A stretch of DNA of 63,925 nucleotides, filler included, from Atractiella rhizophila (Eukaryota): assembly GCA_021432655.1 (NCBI GenBank). It is 3 parts of 3 records of this genome, joined end to end, with 100 filler letters (N's around TTAATTAATTAA, not from the genome) between each part and the next. Parts side by side here need not be neighbours in the genome. Positions count along the whole stretch, not along the records: positions 31,224 to 62,043 come from MU271653.1; 2 more parts are not named here. One strand, written 5' to 3'. Below the pieces are notes generated by a model. That model did no database searches, had not been told where the DNA came from, and saw only the letters and a list, made by a program, of their open reading frames with translations. This document shows, one piece after another, positions 33,748 to 45,512 of the stretch. Every line of letters starts with the position of its first letter. Position 1 is the first letter of the stretch. The position numbers and the translations under genes are program-made.

Positions 33748-35973
33748 TTATCTGATCAATGGGATATTAAGGTGGAACACTACCTTCATGACCATCCTCT
33801 CCAATCGCACGCACCATGAATGATAAATCTCTTCCCTTCTGTGCAAGGATGGAGTGTAGTTCGAAGGCCAGCTGCCCTTCTGGCACAGCGTCTGTATTCC
33901 GCGAAATGACCTCCCAACCGGTTTGAGCATTGCCTTTAGCGTTCACCCAAAGCTCATAACTCGACGCCCATGTCGAACCGCGCCATACAAGTTTACTGCC
34001 ATTATCGGCGAGGAAGACTTCTGGAGCGTTTGGAGTCGGATGGGGTGGTACAGCCTCACCGTTTATCTTGTAAGAAGCTTCAATGACATGTCAGAAGGCT
34101 TTCTAGTACTCTGTGTGACATACCTTTGCGGATGGCGGCCACAATTTGCTTCTCTCGTGGGTCGAACTCTGGGACATTGTAGGTGGTAAAACCAGGGACG
34201 TGCTGTGGTGATCAGGATGAGTATTTCTTGGGTGGATCCAATACAAATCCTCACATAGGAGTAAATGCCATTTCCTTCGCCGTGAGTTTTGAAACCTCCT
34301 TTGGCAGAGTGGGGTCGAAGAGACCAAACCAAAGAACCTTGTCCTCCTGCGGATTCGACAGCGTTCATAAACTTAGCGTAGTCCTCAATTTTAGAGAAAA
34401 AGCCAAATTCTCCGGCTATGAACCTGCTGCTACCTCAGATTTGCAACGATGAGAAGATAATGCTGACCCCTTTCCATATTTCTTGCATATCTCAACATCC
34501 TTCTTCACTCGCTTGATATCACCAGCTTTTAATAACGGTCAGTTTTGCTACGAAAGGAGGAAAGACGGCTCACATCCATAGTAGTGATAGCTATCGGTTC
34601 ATATCAGCAAGTCGACACCATTACTGACAACTTACGTACCTCAGAAGACTGGGCATCAAAATCAGTTCGCCTTCACAACATTGGATTCAAGAACGCACTG
34701 GACATCTGGACTCTGTAAAACAGCCTTCTCATAACAGCATTCCGGATCGTCATTTCTAGCGAATGATCCGTCCATCACCAGGGTGTTTGGCGCGAGGGAA
34801 CGAATGTGCTTTGCTAAGGAATTGCTGAGATTGGTAGGAGAACTCGTCTAATAAACTAACCAATCTCTAATGTCCAAGAAGCAGGTGCAGGTCGTTGAAA
34901 CGCATTCAACTCGTTGCCTGGGCCAGGGATGATGAGCAGGTGATGTGGAGGGGCAGAAGGTAAAGAAGCGCACCAGTTTCCCAAGCAAGGATAGAAGGAT
35001 CATCGCCATACCGAACCTTCGATATAGTGTTAACACGGTTTAAAAGTTGGGTTACGAGTAATTTAAACCTGTTGATTTTAATGCTTCACCACAAGGCGAG
35101 ATTCGAAGATAATGCTCACGAATCGATCATCTGCCGGTCCCTCCAGAAATCTACCCCTTCCCACTTATCCACTCCTTTTCTCATCTTAATAAGGTCGCGG
35201 GTGTTGCCAACCCAGTTCGTCTCCTCACTTCCAAAGTCTTGATTGATAATGGGAAAGATGATTCGTGCATCGTCTTTGTCACCATATTCTCAGCTTGAAT
35301 CTTTTGAGCACTATATGACGCACATTTTCCAGCTCCAGCCAATGCTGTATCGATCATCTTCATCTCTCCCTCGTCTAATTTCCAGACATTCCTGTCCCAA
35401 TCCCACCCTGCTTTCGGTTCAGCGGCCGTCATCTCCGAAAACGTTACTCACCCATGACATGGGCTATGTCCTTGTTTCTTGATTTGGTCGTGAGAGTATA
35501 GCACCTTGTGACAGGTCTGCCGAATCCCAAGAAAGTGCGCAGGGTGTCCAGTTGCTCGAAAGGTTCATGCGAGTCGATCAACTTTGTTGCTATTCAACCT
35601 TTAAATCTCCAACTTACAAAGTAAGACATACTTCTGGCGAATTGAGCGTAGCAAATCGAAACCACTTCTTCCCACCTTCAGGTGTCTCAACATACAATTC
35701 TCCTTTCTGAGTGATCTTCACGAAAGACCGTGACATCGGCCTCGATTCGAATGGTACTTGAGGAGGTTCCGACATGAGAGTTGGTGGTTGATAGGCGGGT
35801 ATATGGGGCTTTCCAGACGGTTGTTCGATCGTTGAACTGGACTCAGGTTGTTGCTTCGGTGGCTCGTGCGCGTCGCTTGAAACGCAGTTGCCCACTATTT
35901 ATCAGGGCGTCAGCTTCTCGAACACAAGCGAAACAAAGCACTCCGAGAGGTGCTAAGCTCGGCTTTACGAACT
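33748..35973 (-). CDS. glycoside hydrolase family 5, beta-mannanase-like, starting MGNCVSS
   Basis: FRFATLNSPE, IIFPIINQD, RYGDDPSILAWETGNEL (spliced), LAPNTLVMDGS; ATG assembled across intron 35972-35895. Confidence 0.85.
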
Positions 35974-37007
35974 TGTCAAAACCCTTTCGGCGAGCTGGAG
36001 GATCAGATATTCCTTGGCGCTAAACTGCTTCGGTGCACACCACAAAGACAAGCCAAAGGTGTTCTGAAAGTTCTGAGGCTTCTTGAGGCCGAGCGCTGAT
36101 GGGCAACAGACGAATGTGGTCAAAATGTGAGTACGGTAAGTGCCTGTATATCTCGTATCATGGTATCATGCGCTCCGCTGGGATGTTATTTATAAGGTTT
36201 TGAACACTGTAGGCTTGATGTCACCCAGCTTTACTGCAAACAAGGTCATCCTCATTTTACTTCCAGAGCTGCAGACTGTACTTGAAAGACATCATCAAAA
36301 TGAGCTCAAAGATGGGCTCAAATAGGCAACAGCTACGAGATATAGACGCGTCAAAAGAGGGTTTAAGCACTCTTTCTGGGGACAATTCAGAAGCCCAGTC
36401 GCCTTTCATGACAAACATGAATATTCTGTATCCATCAATGAAAGATAGGTGCCGGGAGTGGTGAAAACGGCTAAAGGCATCCGATGAACCAGTCCATTGG
36501 GTGTCTTCAAGTTCGACGACGATTTTGATGAGGGGTGAAGAAATCAAAGAAAATGAGCTCACTTGGTCTCCTTCTTTATATCTTTGCTGCAACTGAATCC
36601 CTATGCACCTTATCCCTAGTAGATATTCAAGTTTAGTTATTTGTCTTGTCAATATTGTGTCGGATGAAGTGAACCTCGGAATGGCTCGTTTCTAGCACGC
36701 GCTTCTTGGCTTCTTGTAGACGGGCGAAATTGGCACTTCTGACGACCAAAGAATGTGGATACGGAGCAAGCGTAAAGATAGGGGCAGAGCAGCTCGAGTG
36801 AGTGGGACTGAAGCAATAATCTATCGGGTCGTTCAACAGAATTATAAACAGAGTTCCACCCTGACCCGCAGCGCCTGTGGGGCATTGACAACTCAAGGGG
36901 CGCGATTCTTCCCGATCGGCTTACCGCATCATACACTGGTGTAAAGAAGAAAACGACGATTCGACTAATTTTCCAGATATATACGAAGGACAGCATAGTT
37001 GTTAGAC

Positions 37008-38850
37008 ATGGACCCCATTCACTCTTCAGTTCTCGAACTCATTGGAGAAACGCCCATGATCCGATTAGAACGGTTGGCAGAAGAAGAGGGGTTAAAATGC
37101 AATCTCTGTTAGTAACGTCTCCTTCATATTTCGGCCTTTCACCAAAGAGCCCTAATTCTTGTGCAATAGTGGCTAAAGTTGAGTTTTTTAATGCTGGAGG
37201 TTCTGTCAAGGACCGAATAGCAAAGAGGATGGTGGAGGAGGCTGAGAAAGATGGCGTGCTTGTGCCTGGGAAGAGCGTGATTATTGAGCCAAGTGAGTTT
37301 TTTATCTTTGTCAAGGAGGATAGATTGGGTGAGAAGACGTTTTGTTGAACTATGTCTGCCGAAGAAAGTTCAATATGCACTGCGGAGGCTTATGGCATGG
37401 GAATGTTAATGCACCTGGGGAGTAGCACATGAGGACACAGTGTCATCATGCTTCTTACCTTCATGCAATGTTGCAGCAACACCAGTATGAAATTTCTGAG
37501 GGCCTAGAGTATATGAGTACTTGTTGGTACCATTCGGTTGCATGGATCAGCATGCAATCCTGGTATTAAATGTATCATGGATTTGTTATTGGTGACTTGA
37601 TGCGTGAATCAAACGCAATCTTGGTGTCATTACTATTGCAACATTAATTATGGGAGCAAAATATTCCATCATTACAGAATAGTTCTGACTTTGCGCAAAA
37701 GTGCTAAGCACAGCGATTTTTCAATGTTGTCTCTGGCGCCTTATCCGCCATCTTCATTGTATCAGAGAACTGACGGATGGCGTTAACAGCAAGTGGAAAC
37801 ACTGGAGTTCGCCTTCTTTGTTCTCCCTCACCAATTGTCTCCTAAGTTTCGAGATAGATTGGCCTTGCTCTCCAAGCTGCGGTGAAAGGCTATCGATGTA
37901 TCATATGTATGGTCTGGTCCTTTCCCTCGCGCAGTTCTCACATCTAACCATGCCCACACCCCCAGCCGGAAAAGATGTCGCAAGAGAAGGCGAATACCCT
38001 CCTTGCTCTTGGAGCTGAAATCGTCCGCACACCTACGGAGGCAGCTTGGGATTCACCCGAAAGCCACTTAGAGGTCGCAAAGAGATTGAGAGACAAGATA
38101 CCGCATGCTCTCATTTTGGACCAATATGGAAATCCCAACAGTACGTACTTCCTGCCCCCATCTCCAAGGCTTGACTTATCAGGATGTATAGATCCGCTCG
38201 CCCATTACCTAGGTACAGGTGCAGAAATCGTCAGCGCTGTCACCACATCCGCTTTTTCGCCGAGCTCGAAAAAAGTCGACGTTGTGATCTTAGGCGCTGG
38301 AACAGGTGGAACTTTGACTGGGGTTTCCAAGGCGGTGCGGGAACATAATCCTCAAGCATACGTTATTGGAGTGGATCCCGTTGGCAGTATCCTCGCACAG
38401 CCATCATCTCTGAATGATTTGAAGGAGGGGGAGTCGAGCTTTTATCAGGTTGAAGGGATCGGCTACGACTTCGTAGGCTTCCAACATGTTACTAAAAAAG
38501 AGAGAGCTGGCTCACACAGAAATGCATGATAGGTACCGGATGCGCTTAAATACGAGAATGTGGATCTTTGGATGAAGTCCAGCGATGTTCCTTCCTTCAC
38601 CATGGCCAGAAGACTCATATCGACCGAGGGTTTACTTGTTGGAGGCAGTTCAGGGACGGCGATGTACAGCGCATTGGCCTGGTTGAAGAGCGAAGACGGA
38701 TGGAAGAGAGCCGGAAGCGTCGAAGGCATGAATGTTGTGGTCGTCTTACCCGATGGACTACGCAATTATGTCACTAAACCGTGGCTGACGGAAGGAGGAG
38801 AAGAGAGAGACAGAAGACAGAAGGAGTTACTAGAGCTTGCGAAGGCTTGA
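37008..38850 (+). CDS. CYS4: cystathionine beta-synthase (catalytic core only)
   Basis: [79 protein letters not shown]. Confidence 0.9.
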
Positions 38851-39226
38851 CTAGGACGCAGCTGTTGCTTTCTGATTTGCATGGTTCGCAATTAGATTTG
38901 TTTTATATCGTGAGCTTAAGGAGTCCTCTTTCAGGCTGTTCAGGACCGAATTGTGTTCCATAACGATTCAACGGATATTCAAAGTCTCCTCAGATGAAGT
39001 GGCGCTTTGGTAACGTTACAGTACTCTCCTTTCAGATTGAAAGGCGGCCACGAGACTCTCCACCTCCGAATTCGGAAAGCGTCAATCCTGCTGAACTAAA
39101 ATGAGTTGACCTGCTCGGCTCATACTTTCCTTCCCGACAGTCTCAGTTCGCGCTTGGTTCGCGCGAGCGCTTTATAAGGAGCGCGTCGCGTCGAGCAGAG
39201 CTTCTATTGTCTGATTCAATATCGTG

Positions 39227-40288
39227 ATGCTTCGCTACATCAGGCTTAGGCTGTTGGCTGCTCTGTTTCGTGCTCTTGCTGCTTTCTTTCAACGGAAGCA
39301 GGTAAAAACTATTCCTACTGGAGTTACGGTGACGAGACGACGTATACGTATTCCGTCAAGGGAACAGGGTAGGTCGATTGAAGTCGATGTTTATGAGAAA
39401 GAAGGAACAACTGGGGTCAGGCCCGTGCACATCAACTTTCACGGTGTGCGTCATTTATTGTCCATTATCCAATGTTGTTTGACGAATGAAGCAATACGGA
39501 TGAGTAGGGAGGATACGTACTTTACGGCATGCGCATCGGTACAGAGTTCTGCTATAATTTAGCGATGAGAACCGGAGCAATCGTCCTGGATGCAGATTAT
39601 CGTAAATCACCAGGTGCGTCCAGCCACGATTCACTCAGCAGGCATCAACTTTCGCTGACAAAATGTGTAGAGAACGTATTTCCTGCCGCCTTTGAAGACG
39701 TCCTCGACGTCATCGCCTACGCCCGCTCGCAACCTGCGTCTTTCGACCAGTCTCGCATCTCACTTTCAGGCTTCAGTGCTGGGGCCACACTCATCATGAG
39801 TGCGGCCGTCAACTCTGAACCTGGTACGATTCAGGCGATCACTGCGATATATGGAAATCCAGATCTCACAACTACATTCGAAGCCCCTACAGCTCAATTT
39901 GACAGTGGCATGGTCATTCGACCCAGCCTAAGAAAATTCTATTACGATTGTCTGCTTCAAGATTCTACTGTTAATAAGAGAGACACAAAGATTTCTCCGT
40001 TTTATGCAGACGCGGAAAGGTGGCCCAAGAGAACCATGATTATCTGCGGTGAAGCTGGTGTGTTGGTATTTCACTGTTACGATCACACTGAAAAAAGTGA
40101 CTGTAGACAATCTTTGGGAAGCGAACAGATTGCTTGTTGAGAAACTTAGAAACGGAGGTAGAAGTGTGGACTGGATGAGCATTCCGAATGAAGCTCATAT
40201 TTTCGACCAAAGCCCGAAGACAAAGGACAGTCAGAAAAGGAAGTGGGAGATGTATAACAAGGCGGCAGACTTTATTACTCAGGTTTAG
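39227..40288 (+). CDS. alpha/beta hydrolase (HSL-family esterase/lipase)
   Basis: HINFHGGG (spliced), DADYRKSP, GFSAG nucleophile elbow, AHIFD. Confidence 0.88.
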
Positions 40289-40540
40289 CCTCCAAACCTA
40301 ATGAGTGTGACTGGCGGCATTTCAAGTTATTCAGAAAGTCAAACTGGTGGAAACATGGTATTTACGAAAAGTAGCGACTGCTCAATGTACATGTCGCATA
40401 CAATTGCTCACTACTTCATTATGATGTATCGTACAGTAATGAAACATGGTTCCACCTTGATTCATACATTACAAAAACGAAGGAACTTCAACGAGACTCA
40501 AAACTGGGGGGAAAGATGAAACAAATCCAATGATCACGAA
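40166..40540 (+). repeat. direct repeat A2, left copy (esterase 3' end plus intergenic region); partner at 42790-43158
   Basis: gtggactggatgagcattccgaatgaag...tgatcacgaa is colinear with 42790-43158. Confidence 0.95.
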
Positions 40541-40862
40541 TATTTATCTTACTTGGTAGCAGGGCTTTGGGCAAAGGATAGAAGCGAATGGTGCAATTAT
40601 TGGACCGAGGATGCTTATATGGTGATAATCATCTGGACAAAAGCATGAAACTCAAGGAGCAGCGCGGAGGCAGGGAGGCAGAGGAGGACATGAAGTTTCT
40701 GTGCCTCCGTTCACAGGTCTTGGCCCTCCTATAGGGGGGTTTCCCTCCAGGCCTCGCGAGACCCGGGACTGCGATGGATGAAATGTGACATTTTACTGAT
40801 GGACATCTTCTCACTCTTGATCCCTTCCAAACCCCTCTCTTCACGTATACGCACAACTTTAT

Positions 40863-42770
40863 ATGCTGTATTCCCTAACGCGTACGAGACTCCTCCACAG
40901 CAGTACTCTCTCCTCTTTGCGTCTAGCACGTCTATCCTTTTCCTCGTCAATCTCCACCTCCACTCAAACATCTCTGCATCTGCCACGTCGTCCAAGGATG
41001 TCAGGTTCTCGCCACAATCTCTTCGAATACACGTCAGGATCATGGCTGTGAGTTGTATATACATGTTGCTCTCCTAGCCTACATTACATGTCTCTAATGC
41101 CACACAATTTTCAGCGTCAACAACGATCTTCGTCTCGCAGAGCGCAAGCATGAGTTCGACGACGCTGAGCTCCGTCGACTTGCGGCACAGTCCGTCGGTC
41201 GGACGCTTCACGACGTCGACACCATGGAGAAGCTTGACGAGGGAGGCTTTAACCGCATCTTCCTCATCACCATGCACGACGGGTTCCAGATGATCGCTCG
41301 CATCCCCTACCCCGTCACGCAACCCAAGTTCTACGCCGTTGCCAGTGAGGTTGCCACGATGGCCTTCCTCCGTGCCCATGACCTGCCCGTTCCCAAGGTG
41401 TACGGCTACTCTCCTACGTCGGACAACGCTGCAAAGACCGAGTACATCTTCATGGAGTTTGTGAAGGGTACCAAGCTCACCGACCTGTGGATGCAGTTAA
41501 AGGAAGCGGATCTCGCCTCCGTCTTGCTTCAGCTTGTTAAGCTCGAGTCCCACATCATGTCGATCCCCTTCCCAGCTGGTGGAAGTCTTTATTACGTCGA
41601 CGATTTGGAAAAGTTAGCATGGGAGAAGACGGGCATCCCGATGTCGCTCAAGGGCGAGCACTTCTGTATCGGTCCAGATGTCAGGTTGCATATGTGGTAT
41701 GGGAGGAGATCGCAGCTCGATGTGAACCGAGGACCATGTACGTCTCTCTCACTCTCTCTCTCTGTGTGTGTGTGTGTTGTCGTGTCATTGAACTTTCCGG
41801 AACTGATCGACATTGTTATATAGACGAAAACGCAGAGGCAGCACTCGCAGCAGCAGCACGCAAGGAGATAGCGTACCTGGAACGTTTTGGTCAACCTCTG
41901 CTCCCGTTCCAGCGTGGGAGAAGGGAGGCGTACGAGTACGAGAAGCAGTCGCCTCTGGACCACATCAAGAATCTCCAACTCTACCTTCTCATAGCCTCTT
42001 CCCTCATTCCCAACAACCGATCCCTCCGAGACTTCTGTATCCGTCATCCTGATCTCCAGCCGAGCAACATCATGGTGTCAACCTCGCTAGAATCTGGCCA
42101 GCTGGAGATTGTAGGCCTGCTCGACTGGCAACATGCTCCCATCCTGCCCCGCTTCCTCCTCGCCGGTATACCAGATCGACTTCAGAACTACGATGACCCG
42201 GACTCGCGGAACCTCATCCCACCGTCATTTCCATCGGATGCGGACAAGATGGAAGAATCCGAGCTGATGGAAGCCGTTGGACTCCACCACGCCCGTGTCG
42301 TCCACTTCCACTACGCCAAGGGCACGGAGGAGCTCAACAAGCTCCACCATGACGCCCTATCGGACTCGACGTCTATGTTCATCCGTCGCCTCTTCTACCA
42401 AGCTGGTACTCCCTGGGAGGCTGAGACCCACGACCTCAAGGCTCTGCTGGTCGAGGCGACTGAGGAGTGGGGGAAGCTTGCGGGGGCAGGCGTTCCATGC
42501 CCCATCGAGTTCGAGCCTGACGATGTGAGCAAGACGAAGGCGTTCAGTAAGAGGCTGCAGCTGGCCGACGAGAACGTCCAGAGCATACGAGGCATGATCG
42601 GTTTTGAGACGGAGACGTGGGTCCCCAGCGACGACTACAGGAAGGCCAAGTCCCTCGCCGAGCTGGTGAAGCTGGAGGTGTTGATGCGGATTCCGAAAGG
42701 AGAACTCCGAGACAAGACTCAGGCGAATTGGTTCTTGGACGACATGGACGAGGAGGATTACTGTAAATGA
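40863..42770 (+). CDS. APH/choline-kinase-like phosphotransferase, AIM9-like, with predicted mitochondrial presequence
   Basis: LFEYTSGSWL, EGGFNRIF, IARIPYP, ASEVATMAFLR, HPDLQPSNIMV, LLDWQ; Arg/Ser/Leu-rich N-terminus; two introns. Confidence 0.88.
41743..41776. repeat. compound (CT)n(GT)n microsatellite in an intron
   Basis: tctctctcactctctctctctgtgtgtgtgtgtg. Confidence 0.85.
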
Positions 42771-42789
42771 CCGCTGGCATCTGAACGCG

Positions 42790-43158
42790 GTGGATTGGAT
42801 GAGCATTCCGAATGAAGTTCATATTTTCGACCAAAGCCCGAAGACGAAGGACAGTGAGAAGAGGAAGTATAACAAGGCGGCAGACTTTATCACTCAGGTT
42901 TAGTCTCCAAACCTAATGAAGGTGAATGACGGCATTTCAAGTTATTCAGGGAGTCAAACGGTCAGAAACATGGTATTTACGAAGGAGCCTGTTGATTGAC
43001 TGCTCAAGTTACACGTTGCATACAATTGTTCGCTACTTCATTATGATGTACTGTACAGTAATGAAACATGGTTCCACCTTGCTTCATATATTACAAAAAC
43101 GAAGGAACTTCAACGAAAGTCAATACTAGAGAATGAAAACAAATCCATTGATCACGAA
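42790..43158 (+). repeat. direct repeat A2, right copy (decayed esterase C-terminus plus HAP2 3' region)
   Basis: Matches 40166-40540; 9-nt deletion (tgggagatg) in the esterase-derived part. Confidence 0.95.
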
Positions 43159-44331
43159 GAATCTTTGGCGCTGGCTGCAGGTCCTGTCTTCTCCTTCAAC
43201 GCCTTCAGTTCCTCCGCCGTCAAAAACCTCCCTCCAGGACCTCTAGGTCGAGACATGGCGTGCTTATGCCTACTCTCATGCAGGTAGGGCTATTGCAAAC
43301 GGCAACAGAAAAACATATCCATGAACCAAGAGAATTGGATAGTGCAGCAAAAACGCACCTTTCTCTGCTCTTTCAATTTTCCAAGCTCTCGCAATCTCGC
43401 CAATGTCGCTCGCCGCTTGAGGATCCGATGATATTGCTTTGCGTTCACTTGAAGGACTTCATCTTCTATCGGTTCCTCCTCCCCCGGTGTTGTCACCGCC
43501 GTCATAGTCACCTCTTCTTCGATTACACCTGCTGGAGCCGGAGGTGGAGCTGGAGAACCAGAGCTCGATGTCGATATGTCGGGTTTGACGGACATGGAAG
43601 GACTGAGATGATGGGATGTAGGAGAGGAGTAAGGTTGAAGGGAGGGATCGAGGACAGAGAGGTCATCAGAGCCTTTTGCGAGCCTGATCAAAAGGACATA
43701 AGTTTTGAGGACAATATAGGTTTTGGCACAGAAACAAGGCTTACACGGACGCTGCCATGTGCTCCGCGTTGGAAAAGAGAGCTGAAGGCCTGAACGCCAC
43801 CTCTGTCTCAGTCTGCCACTCCTCATACTCGGCTTCCAGGTTGTTTCCATCCTGAGGTGAATAGTAATCCTTCTCCATCTCCTCCCTGCCTCTCTTCAGT
43901 GGTCTCGAGCTTGGAAGCAGGACATCGGTGTCTGGACAGTTGGAGAAAGACCCATCATATGCTGGCGTCGGCGGGAGAGGTTCGTAAAATGCCTGACCGG
44001 GATAATTTGGCGGGGAGTAGTCTAACTCACCTGAGGGAACGTAGGTATCTCCATTCGTCACACTCATTCCTTCTTCTGAATTATCTGAAAAGGGAGACAC
44101 ACCTCTGCATCCGAGTATTCCTACATCGCTGCCCTGTTGCGGGAGGCCGCCAATTTGAACGTCCGCATGAATGTGGCCACTCAAAGCAGATGCGGATGAG
44201 TGTGGAGCAGCTGAAAGTCCTCCGAGCAGCTGTGATATTCCTTTCACAGGACCAGGGAAGTGCTTGAAGAGGTCAGTGGAGGGGTCGTGAGCATTAGTGG
44301 CACAGGATGAGCCCAAGCTGGTCGTTGACAT
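43152..44331 (-). CDS. HAP2: CCAAT-binding factor subunit NF-YA/HAP2
   Basis: [13 protein letters not shown]...[24 protein letters not shown] after splicing. Confidence 0.88.
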
Positions 44332-45512
44332 GGTGTCTGTTTTGAGATATTTTGTACTTAGATTGCGAGAAAGTGTTATCGCACAGTTGCTGAGAGCTGC
44401 AAACGACTATCAGCTCCTTCTTGCAACTGTGAAGGGAGAGGTGGAATGGTCGATTGTGATTGGTCAGCCCCAGTAACAACCATTCGAAGCTTAGTCTAAG
44501 CTCTGATATCTGCCTAGTTCTCGTTTTCCCTTCAGGTTTGCCACCAAGCCCTCTCAGTAAAATGGTAATGTCCTTGTTTTCCTTTCCACAAAAATCCTGA
44601 GGAAAGCACAGATCATCCCGGTTCGCTGCTTTACATGTGGCAAAGTAACAGGGGACAAATGGAATACGTGCGCCATTCCTTTCCAACAAATTCTTCGGAT
44701 ATCCAGCTAAAAAGTCTTCTAGATACTTGCAACACCTCGAAGACGGCAAGACAGAAGGGTTCGTCAATCCTTTCCGCTTTTTCATAATTTTGCTAACATT
44801 CTACGTCTCAATGATGATTTAGAGAAGCGCTCGATGAGCTTGGACTCAAACGATACTGTTGTCGACGAATGGTGCTGACCCATGTGGACCTGATAGAGAA
44901 ACTGCTCAAGTATAATCGTGAGCCACGTTCACTTCTTGGAGATTAACAGTCTGTACTGACATCGAGCATCCAGCGGCTGACAGGAAGGAGAAGGAGCGCA
45001 TGAAGGCTGCTGCAGCTGATCAGTATTTATAAACAGCTGTGTCCCGCTCCTGTACCTGTATTGTTTTACACGGTGAAAGTTAGAATTTAAATTTCTGAAT
45101 GTGTGCCGTGCTTTCTTTAACCAATTTTGTCAGATCTTCGTGGATGGAGAATCGACTGTATTGGCTGCGTGTTGTTGCTATAAAGCGCATGAGCACGCAA
45201 ATCTTCCTTTCGATTCCTAGATCGTTATTCAAGACATGCTGACATGTAGCTCAAGCTGGAAAAGGCCTAGAAAACCATGACATGGTAAATTCCACAGTGA
45301 CCAAATGCATGCTCCCGCTCTAAGGACTTAGGTGCTGAAAAGAATGATGAATATGCCTCTACTTGATATTACTCGTTCTCACAAAACGTTTAGCGTTGCT
45401 CCATCCCATTTCTTGCTTTGCTTGTCTTTCACTCTATTTCGTATTTGTGATTACGATGACTGCATTACAACTCCAAGCGAACAAAGTACAGGTGATAAGT
45501 TACAAACAAAAA

